A stretch of DNA of 64,000 nt from Exceevirus Xc38 (lineage: Duplodnaviria > Heunggongvirae > Uroviricota > Caudoviricetes > Schitoviridae), in IMG/VR virus record IMGVR_UViG_2974723840_000001, positions 15,329 through 79,328 of that record. One strand, 5' to 3'. Of the stretch, positions 57,197 to 64,000 are shown in pieces. Below the pieces are notes generated by a model. It worked only from the letters and a program-made list of their open reading frames with translations, did not search any database and was not told where the DNA came from. A program made the position numbers and the translations under genes. How positions within the stretch are numbered: the first letter of the stretch is position 1; every line of letters starts with the position of its first letter.

Positions 57197-58023
57197 CATG
57201 GTGTTCTTGTAAGTTCGTTAAGCTTACAACGGAAATCCTATGTCTCTCGACATTGGCTCCTGCTATATATTTCTATATAGATCAGACTATATCTTCATCC
57301 TCATAAGAGGAGTTCTGCGCTTCCGCTCACTTGAGCGTACTCCTAGATAGGATAGTCGTTACACGTTCTGTTCAACTACACGCTGACACATAGATATAAA
57401 TTGATCCATAGTCAGTTCACCTTTAGCTCTATTAATTGCCCAAGCAACCCATTGTACGTTACCTTTCACATAACCAAGTTCAGGTACGATCTTGTCTAGT
57501 GATAGGCACTCTAATGAGCCTACTTCAACTTTTAATACAGTTTTAGCAATAGCACATAAACCATTTTGTGACTTGTACAGTTCATACAAGTAATCCTTGT
57601 CTAAATCACATTCAGGTAAACCTGATTTTTTGGTTCGTGTTTTTGCATCAGTGAGTCTTGCACCAATTGCTGAGTATAGTAATCTATCCTCTTTAGGAAT
57701 CTTAGTTAGCGCACCAGAACCCCTATAATTAGGGTTCTTCTTACGCCACTCTCTAGCTTTTTCAGCTAAACATTCCTTACATTGGTAAACCTTATGTTCT
57801 TTGTAGGCATTCTCATTAGATGATTTGCCAAACTGATCAATAGGTTTCTCAACATTACACTTGGTGCATATTTGTGTGATATTCATAACTTCAAACTCTT
57901 AAGTAGGTTATGAATAGTTTAACAGCTTCGCACGGGATTGTCTTCGTCTTTCACGGTCAGAGGTTCCCCGTTTTCACAGAATTGCATATATCTAGTTACC
58001 TAGATAGTGACCCCTTTAGGTTA
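57197..58023 (-). ncRNA. Group I self-splicing intron (about 827 nt) with an internal HNH homing-endonuclease ORF, interrupting the RNAP II large-subunit gene in motif B.
   Basis: P1 pairs exon UGACCU| with the intron IGS GGGUCA (intron nt 11-16), giving a U.G wobble at the splice site. P/Q-like (P4) elements are present (GAAAACGGGGAAC and AAUCCCGUGCG). P7 is present (GACUAU at about 57351-57361, AUAGUC at about 57283-57293). The S element AAGAUAUAGUC is present. The intron ends in G at 57197. Splicing restores RKDVKRAVMT-SGYGS with the T7-like K(+8)Y spacing. Confidence 0.7.
57359..57886 (-). CDS. Intron-encoded homing endonuclease (HNH / His-Me finger, Endo VII-like).
   Basis: N-terminal CTKCNVEK...CKEC zinc ribbon is present. 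A C-terminal LSLDKIVPELGYVKGNVQWVAWAINRAKG HNH-like beta-beta-alpha finger is present. It lies wholly inside the intron. Confidence 0.55.
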   Translation of the reverse strand: MNITQICTKCNVEKPIDQFGKSSNENAYKEHKVYQCKECLAEKAREWRKKNPNYRGSGALTKIPKEDRLLYSAIGARLTDAKTRTKKSGLPECDLDKDYLYELYKSQNGLCAIAKTVLKVEVGSLECLSLDKIVPELGYVKGNVQWVAWAINRAKGELTMDQFISMCQRVVEQNV

Positions 58024-58447
58024 AGGTCATTACAGCTCGCTTTACATCCTTACGTGGTACTTCAATCTGATTGAAACCCTTAAGCTTAAGGATCTCATTC
58101 ATCTTCTTAGTAACGTCTGTATATGCATCTGCACGTTTCTCTGTTACGAGTCCTGTAGCATCTGCACCTTTCACACAACCTGTAATAGCTGACATGATCT
58201 GAATACCAGAACACGTAGCATCAAGTTGTACGATATGACCTGTTGGTTTGCCTTCAACTACGTTACGTAGCTCATGAACTGCTTTGATGAATAATGGCTT
58301 ATCCTCTGCGGTATCAGCTAACTGCTCTAATTGAGCATAGTTATCTTTAACCCATTGGATTCGTTGCTCGAATAACCACTTATCTTTACCGTAGTGGTTA
58401 GCGATATCGATGCAAAGGTAGTCTAGAGCTGAGTATGGTTTGAACAT
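58024..58447 (-). CDS. N4-like RNA polymerase II large subunit, exon 1.
   Basis: Own RBS GGAGAAACACC. LDATCSGIQIMSAITG matches T7 DGSCSGIQHFSAML. It ends RKDVKRAVMTLT*, i.e. in the middle of motif B (RxxxKx7YG). Confidence 0.7.
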
Positions 58448-58476
58448 GGTGTTTCTCCGTTTAAATGAAATGATTA

Positions 58477-58869
58477 TTACTTGAAATATTTAGGGTAGTT
58501 AGTTCGTACGTAATCTCTCCAAGGCCCACCACTGTTATCTAGTGTTAGTACCATTGGTTTAAATAGTTTAACGAACTGCATGTATGCTTCAGCAGGTAAG
58601 CTTGGTTGTACGAAGATCAATTGAAATACATCAATTAGTTCTTCTGGTTTAACCAAGATACTAGGACTAGGTGAGCCATGTGCTGTACGCTCTGCACACA
58701 GGATGTAACGTTGTCCTACACGGTAGTTATCTACCGGATAGATTGTTAGGTGAAGCCACTCAACATGCAGATGGATAGGTACGATACCTGCATCATGCAT
58801 CTTCTGACGTACATCTGGTGTTGTGTGTTTTTGCATATTAACCTTAAGGGTTATTGTTGAATCCAACAT
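58477..58869 (-). CDS. Hypothetical protein, 130 aa, inserted between the two RNAP II subunit genes.
   Basis: ORF only. Confidence 0.4.
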   Translation of the reverse strand: MLDSTITLKVNMQKHTTPDVRQKMHDAGIVPIHLHVEWLHLTIYPVDNYRVGQRYILCAERTAHGSPSPSILVKPEELIDVFQLIFVQPSLPAEAYMQFVKLFKPMVLTLDNSGGPWRDYVRTNYPKYFK

Positions 58870-59204
58870 TTGTTGTCTACTCCATGTTGTAGAAAGTAAA
58901 GATAGATAGCTTCATTTGAAGCACCAGATTGTTTAAGCAATAAATACTGACAATACTCATCATCACCAAGTATGTAACAAGGTGATTGAGTATATGGTCT
59001 AGTAGCCATGATGTAAGAGTTGGTTAATGAGATGTAATGATAGAAGTGTCCATCAGTACCCTCGAAGTAATCAGAGTGTTTGTGACTAGCCCTAAATAGG
59101 ATAGCTCTACAAGGTGTCTCTTGTTCGAGCTTATCAACAGTAGCTATGATCTTAGCCAAAGTACCCAGATGGGACATCGATAGTCTCCTTGTCATATAGT
59201 TCAA
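58851..59204 (-). CDS. Hypothetical protein, 117 aa, inserted between the two RNAP II subunit genes; Cys/His/Tyr-rich.
   Basis: ORF whose 5' part overlaps the end of the upstream gene. The true start is probably an internal Met. Confidence 0.35.
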   Translation of the reverse strand: MNYMTRRLSMSHLGTLAKIIATVDKLEQETPCRAILFRASHKHSDYFEGTDGHFYHYISLTNSYIMATRPYTQSPCYILGDDEYCQYLLLKQSGASNEAIYLYFLQHGVDNKCWIQQ

Positions 59205-60132
59205 CTATGCTCTTTTTGTAGCTAGTACCTTGTGGAGTAATGTGGTGTCCACAGAAGTAGATACGACCACGCTTATCCACTTTAGTAGTGATGTACATCT
59301 TATTGCCTGACTCAACGATATGTTTATAGAAGGTTTGAGACTGATCCAGATGCTTCTGCCAGTTCTTCTTCTGCTGTGACACAGCCTTCATAAGCTCTAT
59401 CTCTGTAAGCTCATGAGCGTTCTCTACAGTGTCTAAATCGTGAGTAGGTAGTTCAGGTGTGTTTTCTAATTGCCATTCGTTTAACGACAATCTGTAGCGA
59501 TTCATGATGTTTAATACATCTAATGCTATAGGATCGTTATGGTGATTCATTGAACCACCTAGAATGAGAGACTCACCTTTCAGTGTTAAGTAACCAGAAC
59601 TACGATTGTTATGTAGTTTCTTTGGTTTAGTGATTAATGGTGGTAGGTAACACGCACGTTCAACGTATGCTTGTAACTCATCAGTAAGATAGAAATTACT
59701 CTTTACGTAGATAGAACTATTGATGTGATACTTCTCTAAGTTATAGAAGTCAGTCTCACACAAGATAGCAATAATCTCTGCCATTGCTTGTATGCCTACA
59801 CGCGTATCATCAAAGCCCATAGATGGAGCTAATTGGCTTGCTAGGTTATTTAAAGTAGTTTCACTACTAAGACTAGCAATACGAATGAATACATCCTCTA
59901 CAAGCTCTGTGAGATCCATCTGAGAGATGTGATCTTTACGTGTCTGTTTAGATGCATAACTAGATGGTGATTGACACCATGCTTCTATTAGAGCTACACC
60001 ACGTTTGATGCAAGCATCAACCTCTGGGATAGTATCCATATAAGCTTTAACTGCACTCTTGATTCCCTTACGAGAATACATTTGTTCAGTTTGAGTTTGT
60101 AATTCAATAAGTTCTTCGCGTGACATCGGCAT
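59152..60132 (-). CDS. N4-like RNA polymerase II small (N-terminal) subunit.
   Basis: VDKRGRIYFCGHHITPQGTSYKKSIVEL matches T7 RNAP DWRGRVYAVSMFNPQGND. Its C-terminus aligns contiguously with the N-terminus of exon 1 of the large subunit. Confidence 0.7.
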   Translation of the reverse strand: MPMSREELIELQTQTEQMYSRKGIKSAVKAYMDTIPEVDACIKRGVALIEAWCQSPSSYASKQTRKDHISQMDLTELVEDVFIRIASLSSETTLNNLASQLAPSMGFDDTRVGIQAMAEIIAILCETDFYNLEKYHINSSIYVKSNFYLTDELQAYVERACYLPPLITKPKKLHNNRSSGYLTLKGESLILGGSMNHHNDPIALDVLNIMNRYRLSLNEWQLENTPELPTHDLDTVENAHELTEIELMKAVSQQKKNWQKHLDQSQTFYKHIVESGNKMYITTKVDKRGRIYFCGHHITPQGTSYKKSIVELYDKETIDVPSGYFG

Positions 60133-60194
60133 GATTAAGTCTCTTGGTTAATTAAATAATAAAAATGCCTAACCCGAAGGCTAGGCAATTTACA

Positions 60195-60506
60195 TTAAAG
60201 TTCGATAGCGAACTCAATTGGTGCATCTTTATCACGAGCTTGCGTGATTTCAACAATTATTAACTCTTTCAATTTCTCTGGTGTTAAAGCACCTGATTTA
60301 AGAGCTTCAATTAATTTCACATCTAATGCATTTTCAGCATATAAACGTAAAGTTAATTCTGGTGATAGTTTCATACGTGTGCCATCAGCTAATGGTACGT
60401 ATAAGTTTACAAAGCCAATGGTAGTACGTTTATCTTTAACACCTGCAGCAGCAGTATTAGAAGTAGTATTAACACCAGCAGTTTTAGTTGGATCAACAAA
60501 AGCCAT
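60195..60506 (-). CDS. Hypothetical early protein, 103 aa.
   Basis: ORF only. Confidence 0.4.
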   Translation of the reverse strand: MAFVDPTKTAGVNTTSNTAAAGVKDKRTTIGFVNLYVPLADGTRMKLSPELTLRLYAENALDVKLIEALKSGALTPEKLKELIIVEITQARDKDAPIEFAIEL

Positions 60507-60618
60507 GATTGTATTCCTTGAAGAAGATTAACGGCGACAATGCCACTTAAAAGCGTAGCGTTCTTTTAAAGCTACCGTGATGGTGGTGCTACCGCGAAGG
60601 GCTTAAACACGGTATTAA

Positions 60619-61194
60619 CTACCGTGTCACCCCTCTATATTTGTCATTAAGTTTAAATAAGTGTTTAACCTCATCATGTAGATGCAGATTACGCTTACCT
60701 TGTGGTTGTAGTTTAATATCTGTATAACCACAATAACGGAAATATACTTGTGCAACAAAGAGTTGCTTCATTAGAGTATTAATATAAACACTATCATTGG
60801 TACTATGTTGAGGTGTGAATCTCATTAATCCCATGAACACATTTATATTATCGTAGACGATATCTTTATTAACTTTGTCTAGATGATCTATTTTAGCAGC
60901 TAGTCTAATTAGATTATCTGGAGAGATATCAGCATTATAATCAGCTACTCTATTTAGTTTATTTAGCATGTCTTGAAGAGAATAAAAGCCTGTTCCTTTA
61001 GGGAATCCATGAGCAGCCATTCGATTATCTATAACATGGATTAGATTATCTTTAGTAATAGACATAATAACCTCTGTGTATGGGTATTTAGAGAAGAAAG
61101 TATGTTTAGCGAACTTATCAAATAGCTCATGTATATTGGTTTTAGATGTTCCTCTAGGAGCAAATATGTGTGGTCTAGGCATGACAATAGCCAT
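60619..61194 (-). CDS. Hypothetical early protein, 191 aa.
   Basis: ORF only. Confidence 0.4.
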   Translation of the reverse strand: MAIVMPRPHIFAPRGTSKTNIHELFDKFAKHTFFSKYPYTEVIMSITKDNLIHVIDNRMAAHGFPKGTGFYSLQDMLNKLNRVADYNADISPDNLIRLAAKIDHLDKVNKDIVYDNINVFMGLMRFTPQHSTNDSVYINTLMKQLFVAQVYFRYCGYTDIKLQPQGKRNLHLHDEVKHLFKLNDKYRGVTR

Positions 61195-61266
61195 TAAACA
61201 CCTCCAATTTAGAATTAGAAAAGCCCTATAAATAGGGCCTTAGTCTTTAGATGTGATTAGCGAAAA

Positions 61267-61545
61267 TCAGCTATTTTGACTATCGTTAGCTATTAGGTTT
61301 GCTACTTCTTTGCATGCATTGTTTAAGTGGTATTCAAACTCATGTTCAATCACTTTTTCAGGTATCTGAAGGTTGATCATGAATTGAATTGCAGCTCTGA
61401 AGTGCTTTAGTACAAGCTTGGGATGTTGGTAGAAAACAGGGAATTGATCTTGAGATATGAGTGCTGCTTGTTCTGGATATGTACCCATAAATTCAGCAAT
61501 GTACTCAAGATCAGACATGTCTTCAGTCTCTTTAATCTCGAACAT
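61267..61545 (-). CDS. Hypothetical early protein, 92 aa.
   Basis: ORF only. Confidence 0.4.
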   Translation of the reverse strand: MFEIKETEDMSDLEYIAEFMGTYPEQAALISQDQFPVFYQHPKLVLKHFRAAIQFMINLQIPEKVIEHEFEYHLNNACKEVANLIANDSQNS

Positions 61546-61631
61546 TTGATTGTTTTCCTAGTAGATATGCAGTGATTACCATGCCTATAACGATACAAAT
61601 GATTGCAACAATTCCATTGATTGATAGTGTG

Positions 61632-61790
61632 ATCATAGTAGTGTTACTCCGATAATTAACAGACAACAGCAAAGGGATAGAAATATCCAAGGCTTTGCTT
61701 TAGTTGGGTTTTTAGATAGTGATATACCTAAGAAGGCGAAGAACTGAAGTGCTAGTAATACCATTAAAGCTTTGGTTTGGTAATCACTCA
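61632..61790 (-). CDS. Small membrane protein (52 aa, MSDYQTKALMVLLALQFFAFLGISLSKNPTKAKPWIFLSLCCCLLIIGVTLL). Below the track cutoff. A second 34-aa TM ORF follows with an ATGA overlap.
   Basis: Manual translation of the minus strand. Hydrophobic. Coordinates approximate. Confidence 0.3.
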
Positions 61791-61794
61791 TGGG

Positions 61795-62307
61795 TTATTC
61801 CTTGATGGGTAAAGGGAAGTCAGGTTCAGTCATTAGATCAGACTTAATAGTCTTCTCTAATTCTTTAATACGTTCAGTTTGTTTAGGTGTGATAAGAGGT
61901 TTGTCCTTACGAGGTCTACCACGCTTACGCTTATGCGGTTCAGGTTCAAACGTAGGCATCTTTTCAGTTATCTGATAGATGCGTTTATCAGAGTTATATC
62001 CTGTTGAATCAAGGATATATACTTCATCTGGGTTATCACTGAATGTAGCAGCAAAGCGAGCACTATTAGCTATTGGTTTACAGCTTAGTACTTGTACCCA
62101 ACCATTGATAGTTAGTACGCTGCGTCCTGTAAAGTCCATTAGTTCATCACGTGAGAACTTAGATGTATTACATGCTTTCTTTACTGCTTCCATACCACTA
62201 GTGTTATAGATACCAAGTAATAATAAGAACTCTTGTTCATCGTAAGCCATTTGGTCAATAGCGTTTAAGTGTGTTACTACTTCAATTGATGATACGTTGA
62301 TTAACAT
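61795..62307 (-). CDS. Hypothetical early protein with an AT-hook-like motif (KRKRGRPRKDKP).
   Basis: A GRP AT-hook core lies in a basic tract. Confidence 0.4.
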   Translation of the reverse strand: MLINVSSIEVVTHLNAIDQMAYDEQEFLLLLGIYNTSGMEAVKKACNTSKFSRDELMDFTGRSVLTINGWVQVLSCKPIANSARFAATFSDNPDEVYILDSTGYNSDKRIYQITEKMPTFEPEPHKRKRGRPRKDKPLITPKQTERIKELEKTIKSDLMTEPDFPLPIKE

Positions 62308-62495
62308 AGGTAATACTCCAATAGTTGTGCTGAAAGCATTGATATGAATAGGATCAGTAGTGCTGTAATGAATCCGTATGTGAATAGGAGATCATCATTC
62401 TTATTCTTATATGCAGTGTACATACAGTTAATAGAGATGATGATCATGAGTAGTACTAGTGGAGTGAATATCCATAGTCCTAGTAGAGTGTTCAT
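62301..62495 (-). CDS. Small membrane protein, 64 aa.
   Basis: Two hydrophobic helices. Confidence 0.35.
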   Translation of the reverse strand: MNTLLGLWIFTPLVLLMIIISINCMYTAYKNKNDDLLFTYGFITALLILFISMLSAQLLEYYLC

Positions 62496-62619
62496 ATTGA
62501 ATAACTCATGTAAATACGATTAAGTTCAGTGAAGTATGCAATACGCTTTCTATGTGCATAGAAGTACTGCATAACATGAGAGTTATGTAGATTACGTTTC
62601 ATACAGGTATTTAACTCTA

Positions 62620-62970
62620 TTAAGCAAAGATATGATCATATACTTGATGTGGTTGATTACACTGTTCAGGTAGTAAGTGATTGTGATCAACAGCACCATA
62701 CATACATGTAAGTATTGTCTTGTATACAAGTACATGATGATTGTGAATGTTGTTCTGTTCTTGTCCTTCTGGATAGAAATGAGGATTATCGATGAAGTAT
62801 GTGATTACTTCATCAAGTGTACCCTCATCAAGACAACAGTCTAATGCTTTGTTAAGTAGAGGTCTTTCAGACTCACGAATACATTGGATAATTGATTCAC
62901 GAGTGTATGCATTGTTAGCAATAGCATAGTTGATAACAGCATTAAGTTCAGTGTTAGTACGAGTAGTCAT
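62620..62970 (-). CDS. Hypothetical early protein, 116 aa (His/Cys-rich); first gene downstream of the early control region.
   Basis: ORF only. Confidence 0.4.
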   Translation of the reverse strand: MTTRTNTELNAVINYAIANNAYTRESIIQCIRESERPLLNKALDCCLDEGTLDEVITYFIDNPHFYPEGQEQNNIHNHHVLVYKTILTCMYGAVDHNHLLPEQCNQPHQVYDHIFA

Positions 62971-63100
62971 AGTGTTTAGTTCCGTTTAGGTTTATCAAAG
63001 ATAATAGGTAAAGTGTAGGTAAGCAGACTTGTCTGCACTAACAGATGTAAATACTCATGTTTAGTACTTATCTCTCTTACTCCCTATATAAGCGTAGCTA

Positions 63101-63152
63101 TTCATAACCTATGGTTAGATGATTCATAACTAAAAGTTTGATCATTCATAAC
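63101..63152. repeat. Three direct repeats (consensus GAT[GC]ATTCATAACTA) spaced exactly 22 bp apart; iteron-like.
   Basis: TTCATAAC occurs at about 63101, 63123 and 63145 with conserved flanks. A long AT-rich tract at 63226-63265 is adjacent. Confidence 0.5.
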
Positions 63153-63279
63153 TATAAGTAATTAGACAGTTCAGAATATACTGGTACACTGCGCTTAAGG
63201 TGCCAAGCAAAGTGTAAACCTATAATATAAGTAATATATAAGTATTATATATACATACATACTACTCATCATTAAAACT

Positions 63280-63296
63280 GTACGGAGTACAGTGAA
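63280..63296. promoter_or_regulatory. Perfect 7-bp hairpin with a 3-nt purine loop (ACTGTAC-GGA-GTACAGT) on the template (plus) strand, upstream of the early genes; candidate vRNAP hairpin promoter.
   Basis: N4 vRNAP promoters are template-strand hairpins with 5-7 bp stems and 3-nt purine-rich loops. This one sits about 310 nt upstream of the first early ORF. Confidence 0.3.
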
Positions 63297-63455
63297 TTTA
63301 GGTAATTAGTTATAAACTAAATGACCTATGGTTTATTAGTATAAAGTGATATCGCTATTCACAAAATTTACTGTTTTTCCAGATAGTTTGCCACTGTCAA
63401 GCGCGCCTTACTGTCACATGTGTATTGTGTAATGTGTAATATGTGTAAAACAAAA

Positions 63456-63480
63456 TGGATACACGCTAAGAGCGCATATC
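63456..63480. promoter_or_regulatory. Second hairpin with a 3-nt AAG loop (GGATAcACGCU-AAG-AGCGcaUAUCC); candidate hairpin promoter or regulatory element.
   Basis: Inverted repeat read from the sequence. Same early control region. Confidence 0.25.
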
Positions 63481-63594
63481 CATAACGATTAAGATAATGA
63501 GTAGTATAAATACACCAGCCCACATAAGTTCATAGATGTGATTCATCTCACAACTCCTATTGATTAAGAAGAGTGAGATAACTCACTCTATTGA

Positions 63595-63903
63595 TTAGTC
63601 AAATGACATAACACCATCTGCATTAACAGACACACCTAACTCTTTCATCTTATCTGCTAACTCTTTCTTAGCTATCACTAGCTTAAGAGTATCAGCAGTA
63701 TCAGAGATCTCTGCTAGATTAGATGCCTTTGATTCAGCTATGTATGTGATGCGTTCAACAGCACCAATGCCTTGCTCTGCAGCTTGGAAGGTACGATCTA
63801 TCATCTTAAGACCACGCATAGCTGTACCAGTTAATGCACCTACTAATGTTTGAGGTTGTTGTGCTTGAGACATGGAAATACTCCTGATTGGTTGATTGAA
63901 CAT
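63595..63903 (-). CDS. Hypothetical early protein, 102 aa.
   Basis: ORF only. It is preceded, about 20 nt upstream, by the repeated motif TATAAGCGTAGC. Confidence 0.4.
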   Translation of the reverse strand: MFNQPIRSISMSQAQQPQTLVGALTGTAMRGLKMIDRTFQAAEQGIGAVERITYIAESKASNLAEISDTADTLKLVIAKKELADKMKELGVSVNADGVMSFD

Positions 63904-64000
63904 TCCATCTATAAGCGTAGCGATTACCTCTTGAGTAAGAATCCTTTTTCTAACGAGACATAGGGGGGAGGGTACTAAGATAGATCGAAGGGGGAGTAGA

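Noticed and set aside
56373-58447. Intein hypothesis for the interruption of the RNAP II large subunit.
   Set aside because: The intervening endonuclease ORF is bounded by stop codons. Exon 2 is in a different frame from exon 1, so there is no continuous ORF. Group I RNA motifs (P1 IGS, P7, S element) are present. An intron fits and an intein does not.
1-64000. CRISPR arrays, integrase or attachment sites, and transposase or IS elements.
   Set aside because: No regularly spaced direct repeats with unique spacers were seen. No tyrosine- or serine-recombinase-like ORFs and no terminal inverted repeats typical of IS elements were seen. The element looks like a strictly lytic N4-like phage.

Overview
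This window reads as most of an N4-like (Schitoviridae-type) podophage genome at roughly 40% GC, oriented so that early and middle genes run leftward on the minus strand. All calls rest on motif inspection of the supplied ORF translations and manual base-pairing on the raw sequence; no database searches or tool runs were possible, and exact coordinates in the non-coding regions may be off by 1-2 nt.

Overall organisation, left to right:
- A late plus-strand block carries a partial virion protein gene and a 3323-aa virion-encapsidated T7-like RNA polymerase (vRNAP), flanked by rho-independent terminators.
- A minus-strand DNA-metabolism and recombination block spans 11.1-23.75 kb. It holds ThyX, class Ia NrdA and NrdB, a DUF2829 (Tad2-like) small protein, a Cas4-like PD-(D/E)xK nuclease, a large primase-like protein (primase call tentative, 0.45), a Sak4-like ATPase, an SSB-like protein (0.35), a RuvC-like resolvase (0.5), and two HNH homing endonucleases.
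- A divergently transcribed plus-strand block spans 23.8-34.5 kb. It holds a 2479-aa tail fibre with a repeated coiled-coil plus beta-domain ('chaplet') architecture, an N4 gp61-type N-acetylmuramidase endolysin, overlapped i- and o-spanins, and a second fibre-like protein.
- A long minus-strand middle and early block spans 34.5-63.9 kb. It holds a NUDIX hydrolase, a P-loop kinase, family A DNA polymerase, a Dda/RecD-like helicase, a MoxR AAA+ ATPase paired with a vWA protein carrying an N-terminal HExxH domain, an HTH regulator, an SPFH lipoprotein with a small membrane partner, an N4-like two-subunit T7-type RNAP II, and many small early ORFs.

Most notable observations:
1. The RNAP II large-subunit gene is split inside polymerase motif B by a ~0.83 kb group I intron (about 57197-58023) that carries an HNH/EndoVII-like homing endonuclease. 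The intron has a recognisable P1 (IGS GGGUCA with a U.G wobble), P4-like P/Q elements, a P7 (GACUAU / AUAGUC) and the conserved S element AAGAUAUAGUC.
2. The early region contains an expanded family of at least 10 small paralogous proteins sharing a C-terminal LxLLPxxEARxxYL-like motif.
3. There are two long ORF-free, structured, GC-elevated stretches (47.74-48.39 kb and 51.07-51.91 kb). The second has tRNA-like T-arm elements, but no clean cloverleaf could be built.
4. The upstream early control region (62.97-63.6 kb) has three iteron-like repeats at exact 22-bp phasing, an AT-rich tract, hairpins with 3-nt purine loops and a 12-mer repeated upstream of two early genes. These are candidates for vRNAP hairpin promoters and/or an origin.
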